This document shows positions 44,865-54,793 of a stretch of DNA of 64,000 nt, piece by piece. A model generated the notes under the pieces. It saw only the letters and a list, made by a program, of their open reading frames with translations. It was not told where the DNA came from and did not search any database. The translations under genes and the position numbers were made by a program. The stretch covers positions 4,865 through 68,864 of the IMG/VR virus record IMGVR_UViG_3300017569_000126; one strand, written 5' to 3'. Every line of letters starts with the position of its first letter. The first letter of the stretch is position 1. The DNA comes from a virus. Taxonomy: Duplodnaviria > Caudoviricetes.

Positions 44865-45485
44865 ATGATTTACGGATATTGTAGAACATCACGAAAGCAG
44901 CAAAATATTGAACGGCAAATCAGAAATATTAAAAAAGCATATCCCGATGCTGTGATTGTCACTGAGAAAGGTGTAACGGGTACGACAATGAAACGTCCAG
45001 AATGGAGCAAGTTGTACCATACTTTAGAAGAAGGAGATACCGTTGTTTTTGACGATGTGTCGCGCTTGGCAAGAAACTGCGAAACTGGATTGACGCTATA
45101 TAAAGAGCTATGCAATCGCGGAGTCGGTATTGTATTCTTGAAACAACCGCAAATCAACTCAGATGTATTTCTGTGTTCTGTTGATATAATGGAATACCAA
45201 GTTAAATTAGCCTTTGAACAGGCAGAGAAAGAAGTCACAGACTTGCATCAACGCACTAAAGAAGGTATTGAAACAGCACGTTTGAATGGCAAACAGATAG
45301 GACGCAAGGAAGGCTCGAAAATTGAAACCAAAAAGGCCAAAGAGGCAAAGCAGACCATCAAGGATTATTCTAAGGACTTTGGCGGCTATTTGAAAGATAC
45401 AGAAGTTATGAAGATGCTTAATGTTAGCAGACCTACCTATTATAAATATAAGGCAGAACTAAAAGCCGCAAAGGTCACAACGTGA
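44865..45485 (+). CDS. small serine recombinase (resolvase/invertase family)
   Basis: IYGYCRTS..QQNIERQ, EK..TGT...RPE, GDTVV...VSRLAR, G...A..NG..IGRK, C-terminal HTH (LNVSRPTYYKY). Confidence 0.9.
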   Translation: MIYGYCRTSRKQQNIERQIRNIKKAYPDAVIVTEKGVTGTTMKRPEWSKLYHTLEEGDTVVFDDVSRLARNCETGLTLYKELCNRGVGIVFLKQPQINSDVFLCSVDIMEYQVKLAFEQAEKEVTDLHQRTKEGIETARLNGKQIGRKEGSKIETKKAKEAKQTIKDYSKDFGGYLKDTEVMKMLNVSRPTYYKYKAELKAAKVTT

Positions 45486-45630
45486 AATTGGAGGCGCGAT
45501 ATGAACGCATATTATTCCTTTGGATATATTGTTTTAGCCTCTATCTGTTTCACAATGAAAAGTATTCTGATAAAAGAGGGCGGCATAGGTTTTATATTAT
45601 TTAGCTGCTTATTTTGCGTCTTAGGATGTC

Positions 45631-46470
45631 TTGCAATATTTGAATCTGCACTGCAACTTGTTTTGTATTTTCTGGGAGCGTGATTTAATGATTGAAACAT
45701 CAATTTGCAACACAAATGGTGTAAGTTTTAGGCGTGGAACCAATTTGGCAGAATATGTTTTGCATGAGAAAGTTCTCAATTATGTTGGAATTAGAAGCTT
45801 GCTCATGAACGTATACGATACTGCATTAGAAAAGTTTGGCTCGTATAATTTTGGAATTTGTCTTCATTTTCACACTTGTTATTTTTATAGAGTCACTTTT
45901 GATATACCTTGTTATGCAAATCAAAATGTAAAAATCGAATTTCGCTTTTTGGATTGCGCTTTTAATCGGTGCGACTTACGCCCTCTTGATACAAGCTTGG
46001 CGAAAATTGAGTTTATCGCGGACTCAAATTGCGTTTTTGAAGAATGTGATGGAGGGCCAATATACCATTATTTGTCTTGTCCATCTAAGGGCGCGTTTGT
46101 TGGGTGGAAAAAGGCTTATTGCAACAATCATAATGCGCTTGTTGAATTGTATGTTCCGAGCGAAGCTAAAAGGACTTCTGGAAACTCTTGTAAATGTAGA
46201 GTGGATAAGGCGAAGGTCGTGTCAATTCTTGACTTGGAAACAGGGTTTAATGAGTCTGTGGCCACAAGTGCATTTTGCGAAGTGTTTGGTGCAAAACCCT
46301 TGGAGTACAAAGTTGGAAGTTGGGTGGAAGATTATAGATTCGATAGTGCGGACGATGCTATTTGTGCTGGTGGAATACATTTGTTTATAGATAAACAAGC
46401 GGCGATAGATTTTACAAACACTGCGATTCTAAAGCACATGAGTAGCAAATGGGTAGAAATGAAACGTTAA
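45631..46470 (+). CDS. DUF5758-type protein
   Basis: CP..GAF.GWKK...LVEL.VP..AKR.S....KCR..KA.V..I, Y.VG..V....FD......C..GIH.F. Confidence 0.75.
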   Translation: MQYLNLHCNLFCIFWERDLMIETSICNTNGVSFRRGTNLAEYVLHEKVLNYVGIRSLLMNVYDTALEKFGSYNFGICLHFHTCYFYRVTFDIPCYANQNVKIEFRFLDCAFNRCDLRPLDTSLAKIEFIADSNCVFEECDGGPIYHYLSCPSKGAFVGWKKAYCNNHNALVELYVPSEAKRTSGNSCKCRVDKAKVVSILDLETGFNESVATSAFCEVFGAKPLEYKVGSWVEDYRFDSADDAICAGGIHLFIDKQAAIDFTNTAILKHMSSKWVEMKR

Positions 46471-46476
46471 ACGTCT

Positions 46477-46809
46477 TTGAAAGGATGGAAAATGACTATA
46501 AATCCCTATAAAGAAATAACAGTAGTAAGAAACACAAATGAATTTTGCGCAGTAGCGGCAAAATATGATGTCGTTACTATTGATAAGCTGGCGGCAGAAG
46601 CATTTAGGTATCCATGTTGTATTGTAAAATATGTCAATGGACAAGTGAAAGTAAACGACCTTAAAACAGTGTCTAATGTTTTACTGGATGTAATCAAAAC
46701 CGCATTTAACGATAACGATGAAGACCGCGTTAGTCAAGAGGATTTTCTCGAAGCAATAGAACTACTTAGAGCGATTCAACGGATTCAATGGGAGCTAACG
46801 AAGCAATGA
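46477..46809 (+). CDS. hypothetical protein
   Basis: tiling. Confidence 0.6.
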   Translation: MKGWKMTINPYKEITVVRNTNEFCAVAAKYDVVTIDKLAAEAFRYPCCIVKYVNGQVKVNDLKTVSNVLLDVIKTAFNDNDEDRVSQEDFLEAIELLRAIQRIQWELTKQ

Positions 46810-47138
46810 GAACTGATTATGCTATGCCGCTTAGGAACTGCAAATACCAATTCTGCGAGGTAAGATACGGAGATGAACAGAATTTCATTGAGTGGCTCAA
46901 TGAAAGATGTGAAGATTTCATCGAAAAACCATTTGTTCTAAAGAAAGAGAATAATGAATTTGGAAGCAGAAAGTACGTTATAGAATTGCCTAATGGCGGT
47001 TGGATTCCATTACGTTATGGAATATATGTTGACATGGAAAATGCAACATATCCCTTAGATTTTTATTATCCAAGTTACAATGAGTTTTGTAAATACTTTT
47101 GCGATTTGCATTATGGAGTGTGTGAAATTGCTTATTGA
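46788..47138 (+). CDS. hypothetical protein
   Basis: tiling. Confidence 0.6.
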   Translation: MGANEAMRTDYAMPLRNCKYQFCEVRYGDEQNFIEWLNERCEDFIEKPFVLKKENNEFGSRKYVIELPNGGWIPLRYGIYVDMENATYPLDFYYPSYNEFCKYFCDLHYGVCEIAY

Positions 47139-47473
47139 ATGTAAATGAATCACTTATAGAGGATTGGAATATGAGAAAGTGTGTTCTAAAAGTTAAAGAA
47201 ACCAACTATATAGAATATAACGGAAGTGACCGTTGCAAATTAGATATAATTACACTTGCGGCTTCTTGTGAAAACATTAAAATTGTTAGTGTTGATGAAG
47301 ATGGGGATATTCTTTGTTTAGCGGTCGAAAATGGATACGGTAAATTTAATCTGTGGCGTTTCTATAGCGGTCATTTCTATGTAAAAGAGCGTATTGATGA
47401 ATCAACTGAGAAAATCGTATCGTATTGTCCAACCGATTTTTTGAATAAATATACTATACAGGAAGATAAATAA
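47135..47473 (+). CDS. hypothetical protein
   Basis: tiling. Confidence 0.6.
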   Translation: MNVNESLIEDWNMRKCVLKVKETNYIEYNGSDRCKLDIITLAASCENIKIVSVDEDGDILCLAVENGYGKFNLWRFYSGHFYVKERIDESTEKIVSYCPTDFLNKYTIQEDK

Positions 47474-47973
47474 TGATTATAGAACGTAAATGGGCTATGC
47501 CTAATAAATGGACTTTTACAATAAAACCCATAGCGGAACTTCTAAAAGAAGAAATAACTGATGGATTATGGGTTGACCCATTTGCAGGAGAACATTCGCC
47601 AGCACAAATAACAAATGACTTGAATCCAGAAAGACCAACGAACTATCACATGGACGCTTTAGAATTTCTAAAGTTGTTTGGCAATAATTCTGTTGATGGA
47701 GTTTTGTTTGACGCGCCATACTCTCCACGTCAGGTAAAAGAATGTTATGATAATATTGGCAAAAACTTGAAATGGGACGGTAGAACAACATTTTGGTCTA
47801 AAACCAAAGATGAGATTGCTCGTATTATCAAACCCAATGGGAAAGTAATTTGTTTTGGCTGGAACTCTATGGGGATAGGCAAAACTCGTGGTTTTGAAAT
47901 GACGAGAATCTTACTTGTTCCTCATGGTGGGAGTAGAAATGATACGATTTGCACTGTCGAGGTAAAATTATAA
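47473..47973 (+). CDS. small phage amino-DNA methyltransferase
   Basis: DPFAG SAM motif, DAL.FL, VLFDAPYS (DPPY-like), IKPNG.VI.FGW.S.G.GK.RGF. Confidence 0.8.
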   Translation: MIIERKWAMPNKWTFTIKPIAELLKEEITDGLWVDPFAGEHSPAQITNDLNPERPTNYHMDALEFLKLFGNNSVDGVLFDAPYSPRQVKECYDNIGKNLKWDGRTTFWSKTKDEIARIIKPNGKVICFGWNSMGIGKTRGFEMTRILLVPHGGSRNDTICTVEVKL

Positions 47974-48263
47974 TGGTTGAATATATAGACCGTGACGAAC
48001 TCTATAGGCGGCTTTACAATATACACGGTAATATTGATAGAATTGATGCACTGGCAGAAGTAAGAGCTATGCCCGCTGCTGATGTCGTGCCAGTAGTACA
48101 CGCACATTGGATAAAAGCCAAATCATACGGTGAATATCAATGCTCTAACTGTCGGGGTTATGACATGAATTGCAGTGACTATTATAGTACGCATATTGCG
48201 AATGAACAGGATTTTTGCCCTTATTGTGGTGCAAGAATGGATGAGGTAATTGTCGATGGCTGA
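47949..48263 (+). CDS. small zinc-finger phage protein
   Basis: YIDR..., ADVVPVVHAHW, CSNC, CPYCGA.M. Confidence 0.7.
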   Translation: MHCRGKIIMVEYIDRDELYRRLYNIHGNIDRIDALAEVRAMPAADVVPVVHAHWIKAKSYGEYQCSNCRGYDMNCSDYYSTHIANEQDFCPYCGARMDEVIVDG

Positions 48264-48567
48264 ATACATTGATAGGAGCGCAGCGATAGAGTATCTGGAA
48301 GCAAATAGGCGCGTATATGAACGGCGTGGGTATCTTTTGGCGGCAGACCATGAGGCCATAATTGAGTTTCTCAATGATAGGCCGTCGGTAGACGTTGCAC
48401 CTGTGGTACATGCACACTGGATATTTGGCGAGTTTGACGGTGTTGGCTGTGAAGTCAAATGCAGCAACTGCGGTTCGCACGACTTAACGGACGATAGAAA
48501 ATTGTGGTTGACATACGAAAAACACCAATACTGCGGAAGGTGCGGCGCGAAGATGTATGACAACTAA
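48250..48567 (+). CDS. small zinc-finger phage protein (paralog of previous)
   Basis: YIDR, VDVAPVVHAHW, CSNCG, CGRCGA.M. Confidence 0.7.
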   Translation: MSMAEYIDRSAAIEYLEANRRVYERRGYLLAADHEAIIEFLNDRPSVDVAPVVHAHWIFGEFDGVGCEVKCSNCGSHDLTDDRKLWLTYEKHQYCGRCGAKMYDN

Positions 48568-48584
48568 GAGCACGAAAGTGCGTT

Positions 48585-48806
48585 TTGACGAAAGTGAGAA
48601 AAATCATGAAAAGTAACAGCAATGGGAATAGCGGAATGGGAATTTGCGGTGTGCTGACAGTTATATTTATTGTGTTAAAATGTCTTGGGGTAATTGAATG
48701 GTCTTGGGTATGGGTTTTTTCTCCACTATGGATTGAAGCAATTATAATTATCGTAGTGCTTGCAATACTTGAAGTTGTTCTATCAATGTCGAGGATTCAT
48801 AAATGA
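48585..48806 (+). CDS. small membrane protein
   Basis: G.G..GVLT.IFI.LK..G.I.WSW.WV.SP.WI motif. Confidence 0.7.
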   Translation: MTKVRKIMKSNSNGNSGMGICGVLTVIFIVLKCLGVIEWSWVWVFSPLWIEAIIIIVVLAILEVVLSMSRIHK

Positions 48807-49381
48807 AGTTTAAGAATGTTGGTATCTTATGGTTTTTTACTCACATCGAATATTTATTATTATTGATTTCCATTGGAACATTTGCGATTTCTTCGGTGCG
48901 TAACAATGACATCTCGTGTATATTACTGGTTGTTTTAATTACTGCTTCAATTTCAACAATTATATATGAACATATTTTTGATGAAGGCTTGGCTGTTAAG
49001 CGGCCTTGGTTTGCATACAAAAGTGCTAAAAACGAGATTAAAACGCGGAAGTATATTGCGTTATCATTCGACACGTTTGTATCTATTTATAAACTAATGT
49101 GCTATCGCGAAAAAGAAATTAACAAGGCTAATCCATTTGCTACAAACTATAGGTATCCATTTTATAATGAGACAATGATAGTGTTTAGTGACGCGCTGGA
49201 TTATATAAGATTTATAAAATTTCTACGAACGGAAGCAGAACAGGAAGAAAGGAATAATATAAAATCAAATTACGATATTAAGGCGCTTGCTGAAATAAGT
49301 GATGACTTTGAAAATGAAAAGAAACGTCAGATGTCTAAATATAATAACTTGTATCAAGAATTAAAGGTAGGCGAAAGATAA
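48803..49381 (+). CDS. membrane protein
   Basis: two N-terminal TM helices. Confidence 0.65.
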   Translation: MKFKNVGILWFFTHIEYLLLLISIGTFAISSVRNNDISCILLVVLITASISTIIYEHIFDEGLAVKRPWFAYKSAKNEIKTRKYIALSFDTFVSIYKLMCYREKEINKANPFATNYRYPFYNETMIVFSDALDYIRFIKFLRTEAEQEERNNIKSNYDIKALAEISDDFENEKKRQMSKYNNLYQELKVGER

Positions 49382-49382
49382 T

Positions 49383-50129
49383 ATGGCAAAAGTAAATTTA
49401 ATCACATACACACCAGAGCCAGAAAAAATTGTGGCAGCAGCAGCAAAACTGTGTTATTCCAATAGCGATGTTGATAAGCTAATGGATGGTCTAACGGAAG
49501 ATAAAGTAAATTCCTTCTTAGAACATTTAACGAATCTTGGACACCAATCGCCTCTTGAACACGTTTCTTTTACTTTTAGTATTGAAGGTGTCAGCCGTAG
49601 TTTTCTTGCTCAGATAACGAGACATAGAGTGGGCTGTGCTTACTCCGTCAGAAGTCAAAGATATTGCTCAATGGCAAATACCGATTGCGTTATACCAGAG
49701 CAGGATTACATGGCAGAAAACGGCGTTGACTGGCTGTTTACAGAATCATACAAGAAATCTTTTGAAAGTTATAATTCTCTTGTCGAACATTTAACAAAAA
49801 TTTATGTTGATTCTGGGATAGCGGAATCTGTGGCTAAAAAGAAAGCGCAAGAGAACGCAAGATATGTTCTTCCAGAGGCTTGCAATACGGCTATGATTGT
49901 AACAATGAACGCGAGAGAGCTTCATCATTTTTTTGAACTTCGGTGTTGTAATCGCGCTCAAACTGAAATCCGTGAAGTTGCGGAACAAATGCTTGCTTTG
50001 GTGAAGACGATTGCTCCCCATTTGTTTGCCAATGCTGGCCCAAGTTGTGTTAGTGGTGGTTGCGGAGAAGGTTCTATGTCATGCGGAAAGGCCAAAGAAG
50101 TCAGGGAAAAGTATTCTAAAATCTATTGA
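49383..50129 (+). CDS. thyX: FAD-dependent thymidylate synthase
   Basis: GH.SPLEH, GVSRSFLAQITRHR, S.RSQRY, E.ARYVLP, MNAREL.HF..LRC..RAQ.EIR. Confidence 0.95.
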   Translation: MAKVNLITYTPEPEKIVAAAAKLCYSNSDVDKLMDGLTEDKVNSFLEHLTNLGHQSPLEHVSFTFSIEGVSRSFLAQITRHRVGCAYSVRSQRYCSMANTDCVIPEQDYMAENGVDWLFTESYKKSFESYNSLVEHLTKIYVDSGIAESVAKKKAQENARYVLPEACNTAMIVTMNARELHHFFELRCCNRAQTEIREVAEQMLALVKTIAPHLFANAGPSCVSGGCGEGSMSCGKAKEVREKYSKIY

Positions 50130-50182
50130 CAAAAACACAATTCCGTGCTATACTTGCTCCATAAAACAAAGGAGTTGTTTAT

Positions 50183-50710
50183 ATGGAATGGATTTGTGCT
50201 TTAGACAGACAACCAGAGAATAAAGGTTGGTATATAGTATTTGCTCCGAGATATTTTAATGCTTCTAAAGAAAAAATTGGCGGCGTTATGTTCTCAAAAT
50301 GGAATGGTAAAAGTTGGAGTATTGACGCTGGGAATATCAATCATCCGAGTTTTGTAGATTACTGGATGCAAATTATACAACCAAATGGCTATGCTCGAAA
50401 ATACAAAATAATTAAGCAGGGTAAGAAATTGCCATTGGTTATTAGATTTGAAACGGAACAAGATTTTTTAGACAGCACTCGCCACTATTCATATTTTACA
50501 GAAGAAGCAAAAGATGACTCTGGAAAGTTGTTGGAGACTTTCTTGAAAGGGCATGACCATCTTGTGATATTTTCGGAGTGTTTTTCAAGATGGGCCGATG
50601 TTCCAATTTTCGTTTGTGAGAATATGACATTCCCACAGGTTTATAAACTTGGAGCAACACGAACTGGACATAACTATTATTTTCCTTATGGGGATTGCTA
50701 TAATGAATGA
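50183..50710 (+). CDS. DUF551-like protein
   Basis: MEWIC..DR.P...GWY.V....V.YWM. Confidence 0.65.
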   Translation: MEWICALDRQPENKGWYIVFAPRYFNASKEKIGGVMFSKWNGKSWSIDAGNINHPSFVDYWMQIIQPNGYARKYKIIKQGKKLPLVIRFETEQDFLDSTRHYSYFTEEAKDDSGKLLETFLKGHDHLVIFSECFSRWADVPIFVCENMTFPQVYKLGATRTGHNYYFPYGDCYNE

Positions 50711-50925
50711 TTTCGAGCCAATATATGATTGCAACCAGTGCCGTTATCTTGTGATTTATAATTGTTTCGATATAGATTTAGCGGCTCCTAAGAAGTATAA
50801 ATATCAATGTGGTTGCCCGAACAGATACTATTTCTATGGAGAAGAACAGCAACAAGATGTGTTTCATTTTTCGCACAAGCATTGTTCTCAATATAAGCCA
50901 AAATAAAACAAGGAGATAAAGGCTA

Positions 50926-51474
50926 ATGGACGAGTTTATTTCTGTTACTGATAGATTGCCAACGGAAAATGGATGGTATTTAGTATATGCGCCAGAATAT
51001 ATTGCTGGCAGTTCTTCTTCCAAAGAAAAAGCCAACGATGTCATGTTTTCAAAATATTATGCTAAATCAGGTTGGTCTGTTGAGACTCCAAGAAATAAGG
51101 GGTGCGTCAGATTTTGGATGCCCGTTCCGCAGCCTGAAAAGCTCGCAAAGAAATTTACGGTTATCGAAAAAGGCAAAGGATTACTGCCTTTGATGATTAG
51201 ATTTGAAACGTATGATGATTTTCTTTCGAGTACTCAGAAATACGATGTATCTCTAAAGGAAGTTATTGGAGATTATGGTATTAAATTTAATCAAATTCTA
51301 AGTCATGAAGTGTTGCCTATCGCAACGACCTATCAGAGAATTAGAGTCCCAATATATAGTTCAGAGAAAGTCTCTTTTCCTCGCAATTTTGAGCTTAATA
51401 TGACAATAGAAAATGAACTTTACTATGTGCCAATACTCTCGGTAGAAGAAGGTAAGGAATGGAGGCTAATATAA
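50926..51474 (+). CDS. DUF551-like protein (paralog of 50183)
   Basis: FISVTDRLP...GWYLV..V.FWMP.P; shared LP..IRFET..DFL.ST. Confidence 0.65.
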   Translation: MDEFISVTDRLPTENGWYLVYAPEYIAGSSSSKEKANDVMFSKYYAKSGWSVETPRNKGCVRFWMPVPQPEKLAKKFTVIEKGKGLLPLMIRFETYDDFLSSTQKYDVSLKEVIGDYGIKFNQILSHEVLPIATTYQRIRVPIYSSEKVSFPRNFELNMTIENELYYVPILSVEEGKEWRLI

Positions 51475-51475
51475 T

Positions 51476-51754
51476 ATGAAATTTACACAAGAATGGATAA
51501 GCGTGAAAGACCACTTGCCTAAAGAGACAGGAAGTTATCTTGTGAATGTTCACGAACGTTGGGAAAATGACGATACTGAGGTAGAAAATAATCTGGTGCT
51601 AAAAGCTTGGTATAATCCCACCAAACCTCTATTTTGTCCTGATGAAATAGGTTGGACTTTAATGGATGAGTTTTATCCGTACTCTGATAGGATAAGGGAA
51701 CACATAACGCATTGGACTACATGGCCTAAGCCAATCGAGGAATACGATGAGTGA
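51476..51754 (+). CDS. DUF551-like protein
   Basis: WISVKD.LP...G.YLV...ITHW..WP.P. Confidence 0.7.
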   Translation: MKFTQEWISVKDHLPKETGSYLVNVHERWENDDTEVENNLVLKAWYNPTKPLFCPDEIGWTLMDEFYPYSDRIREHITHWTTWPKPIEEYDE

Positions 51755-52046
51755 TTATATTGAACGCGAAAAACTAAAAGAATTATTAAGAAAACGCAGA
51801 GACTGGCTCGAAGAACACAATTATGATGAATACTCAGAAGCTTATCGCGATAGTTGCGATACTGACATAGATTTAGTCGATAAAATTCCTTCTGCTGACG
51901 TTGTGCCAGTAAAGCACACCAACCCATATGTGGCGCGAAATTATAGGATGAGTGATAGACAGATGTATATAAAACAATGGTTTTTCATCTTTTTAATAGT
52001 ATGGGCCATTATCTATTTGGCTGGGAATCATTATGAAACAAAATAA
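51747..52046 (+). CDS. hypothetical protein
   Basis: YIERE...ADVVPV motif shared with 47949 and 48250. Confidence 0.6.
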   Translation: MSDYIEREKLKELLRKRRDWLEEHNYDEYSEAYRDSCDTDIDLVDKIPSADVVPVKHTNPYVARNYRMSDRQMYIKQWFFIFLIVWAIIYLAGNHYETK

Positions 52047-52082
52047 ACTATTGGCTGTAGAACAAAAGGAGAAATCTAAAGA

Positions 52083-52328
52083 ATGAAGAAATTGCTTGTC
52101 ACTCTTGCGATTGTTTTGACTTTTGCTGGTTGCGGCACTGTTTCCACTGAATCAAAGACAAACAATTCTTCCACATATTACTATGCTTATATATCAATGC
52201 CAGATGGAACCATTGTAGAAGGCAATGTGGAAACGGTGAGAGGACATATCAGCGGGATGGTAAAAGTAGTTATTGATGGCGTAGAGTATATTACAAGCTC
52301 TGAAAATGTAGTTCTGGTTAGAAAATAA
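52083..52328 (+). CDS. small lipoprotein
   Basis: MKK...LTFAGC lipobox. Confidence 0.75.
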   Translation: MKKLLVTLAIVLTFAGCGTVSTESKTNNSSTYYYAYISMPDGTIVEGNVETVRGHISGMVKVVIDGVEYITSSENVVLVRK

Positions 52329-52348
52329 TTTTATAAAATCTGCGAATC

Positions 52349-52391
52349 ACCCTTTAGAAGTCTTGACTTCTAAAGGGTTTTGTGTTATAAT
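52349..52391 (+). promoter_or_regulatory. promoter whose -35 is centred in a 13-bp perfect inverted repeat
   Basis: CCCTTTAGAAGTC-TT-GACTTCTAAAGGG; TTGACT 52363, TATAAT 52386. Confidence 0.75.
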
Positions 52392-52422
52392 TACAACAGA
52401 TAAAACGAAGTGAGGGCTGACG

Positions 52423-53253
52423 ATGCAAGAGCAAAAAGAACGCAAGATTAAGTGTGAGATATATAGAGATAGTTTTCAAAATTATAAAGGGTATTGTGTT
52501 CCGAGAGCACAGTTGGTAATTTGCGACATTCCGTATAACGTAGGCACGCAGTTTTATGGCTCTAACCCAATGTGGTACAATCATGGCGATAGAGTAAACG
52601 GAGAAAGTAAACTTGCGGGAAAACAGGCTTTTAATTCCGATATGAATTTCAATTTATATGAGTATTTTCATTTTTGCCATAAGCTGTTGAAAAAGGAAGA
52701 TACAAAACCGTGCGCTCGTGGACGTTCTTCAAACTCTCCTTGCATGATTGTGTTTTGCTCTTTTGAACAAATTTCAACACTAATTGATGCAGCTAAACAA
52801 CATGGATTTGTAAATTACATTCCTTTAGTATTTATTAAGAATTATTCTCCACAGGTTCTAAAGGCAAATATGCGGGTTGTCGGAGCGACAGAGTATGCGC
52901 TTCTACTTTATCGAGGGAGATTGCCAAAGTTCAGAAATGGTTTGCAAGTCGATGAAAACGGAAAAAACATTCGTGGAACAGGTCATATGGTTTTTAATTG
53001 GTTTGAGTGGCAAAAGGATGACGCAAAAATCTATCCCAAAATTCATCCAACGCAGAAACCTGTTGGAGTATTAAAGAAGCTTATTGAGACTTTTACAGAC
53101 CCATATGATATTGTAATCGACCCTGCTTGTGGCTCTGGAACAACGCTTCGAGCGGCAGCAGAGCTTGGACGAAGTTCTTATGGTTTTGAGATTGATAGAA
53201 ACTTTTATCAGAGAGCAAGAGATGAAATGCTTAAAGATTATTTGACAATTTAA
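52423..53253 (+). CDS. N6/N4 DNA methyltransferase (beta class)
   Basis: ICDIPY catalytic motif precedes HPTQKP and DPACGSGTT SAM motif. Confidence 0.9.
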   Translation: MQEQKERKIKCEIYRDSFQNYKGYCVPRAQLVICDIPYNVGTQFYGSNPMWYNHGDRVNGESKLAGKQAFNSDMNFNLYEYFHFCHKLLKKEDTKPCARGRSSNSPCMIVFCSFEQISTLIDAAKQHGFVNYIPLVFIKNYSPQVLKANMRVVGATEYALLLYRGRLPKFRNGLQVDENGKNIRGTGHMVFNWFEWQKDDAKIYPKIHPTQKPVGVLKKLIETFTDPYDIVIDPACGSGTTLRAAAELGRSSYGFEIDRNFYQRARDEMLKDYLTI

Positions 53254-53292
53254 TCTCAAAATGACAAGATATGTGCGAAAATACAAATTTAG

Positions 53293-53652
53293 ATGAACAA
53301 GAAAAAGAAACGAACAAAATACGAATTTTATCCAGTAGAAATAAGCGCACCTATGAATGTTTTTAACTTCATAAATCGCGTATTTTCAGATAAAATGAAG
53401 AAAAGTCAATATATGATTGTTGAAAACGAAAAAGACGCACTTGTTATAAAGTTCGACTGTTTTCCAAGGGTAATAAGATTCAAACATGGCATGGCTTATT
53501 ATAGAACTGGCGATTGGACGATAGAAGAACATTATAAAACCGAACCAATGATTCAAAAGATGCTTTGGGAAAATTCTAAAAACGAAAGAGAGGTGAATGA
53601 AAAGAAAAATGGAAGAACACATGGTAGAAAAAGTAAACGAGCTTTTAGATAA
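53293..53652 (+). CDS. hypothetical protein
   Basis: ORF, tiling. Confidence 0.55.
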   Translation: MNKKKKRTKYEFYPVEISAPMNVFNFINRVFSDKMKKSQYMIVENEKDALVIKFDCFPRVIRFKHGMAYYRTGDWTIEEHYKTEPMIQKMLWENSKNEREVNEKKNGRTHGRKSKRAFR

Positions 53653-54091
53653 ATACAATGGAGGAACAATTTTCTTTGACGAACTTGATAATGCAATCCG
53701 TCTTGATGAAGAAGTAATTGATTCTATATATAAAATGATAGAGCAAGACCATGATTTATCAGAAGTAAAGATTGTAGCATCTGGCAAAACTGGATATAAA
53801 ATTAGAGAGCTTGGTTATCGAGTCGATTTACTTGTATGTGGTGGGCTGCGAAACGGGGACATTCCAGATGAATATGATTGGCTGATTGATGAGTATTGCG
53901 ATTATGTGTTTATTGATGATTCTTATTTTCTTGGACGAACCGAGGCAGCGATTGAAGAAATTCTAAGTCACAAAAATGCAGAATTAGTTGATACCTATGT
54001 TGCTTACGACGGTTGTATTTGTGAGCGCCCTTGGGTACACTCTTTATATAGATACTACGATTTTCATGATAGGCTTGGAAGAAAGCTGTAA
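53597..54091 (+). CDS. phosphoribosyltransferase-fold protein
   Basis: VFIDDSYFLGRT resembles the PRPP-binding loop (hhhDD....G.T). Confidence 0.6.
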   Translation: MKRKMEEHMVEKVNELLDKYNGGTIFFDELDNAIRLDEEVIDSIYKMIEQDHDLSEVKIVASGKTGYKIRELGYRVDLLVCGGLRNGDIPDEYDWLIDEYCDYVFIDDSYFLGRTEAAIEEILSHKNAELVDTYVAYDGCICERPWVHSLYRYYDFHDRLGRKL

Positions 54092-54135
54092 AATAATTAA
54101 AGCTTATAATAAATTACTAAAAGGAGAAAAATAAA

Positions 54136-54426
54136 ATGGGTAATGTTTGTATGCCGAAAATGACTTATTTCTTTCTCAGAAAAGAAAATGTCGGAGCGTT
54201 TGAAGATTTTTTGAATAGCTGTAACGTTGCTTTTGATTTTAAGACAAGAGATGTTGTTGAAGATGGAGTAAATTACGGCGAAGAAGGAAACAAAACGAAG
54301 TTTAATTTTGGCGCTTGCTATGTGCATAATCCGATTTCAAAAGACGCAAAGTTGATGGAAATGACTCCCGACCAGTTTGCCCAGTCGTTTGTTACGGTGA
54401 ACATCAACGAGGGCGGCAATGGCTAA
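54136..54426 (+). CDS. hypothetical protein
   Basis: AAAGGAG RBS. Confidence 0.65.
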   Translation: MGNVCMPKMTYFFLRKENVGAFEDFLNSCNVAFDFKTRDVVEDGVNYGEEGNKTKFNFGACYVHNPISKDAKLMEMTPDQFAQSFVTVNINEGGNG

Positions 54427-54793
54427 CTACAATATGCACCTTTACTTTGAAATCTACAAAGGTAAAGATGACGATAAACACACCGTAGAGAAAAACGTGT
54501 TTGATGTAATAACTCTTGATGATTATGTTAGCGCCCAAAGAAAAATAGCGGAGATTATCTCCAAATACAAAAATGAATATGGATTTTACCATAAAGGATA
54601 CATTTTCTCGACATTTGGTTACATCTGCAAAGGGCATAGAGTGTTAGGGAAAGACTTGAATTGGCTTGCATTTGCAAAAGGTATTAACAGCAAGAGCAAA
54701 TTACTATGGTTTCAAAATATGGTCAGCAACTTTGTGTTAGAATTTATACATCTTGCAACAAGCGAAGCGGAAGTGAGCGAAAATGAAAATTGA
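54419..54793 (+). CDS. hypothetical protein
   Basis: tiling. Confidence 0.6.
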   Translation: MANYNMHLYFEIYKGKDDDKHTVEKNVFDVITLDDYVSAQRKIAEIISKYKNEYGFYHKGYIFSTFGYICKGHRVLGKDLNWLAFAKGINSKSKLLWFQNMVSNFVLEFIHLATSEAEVSENEN

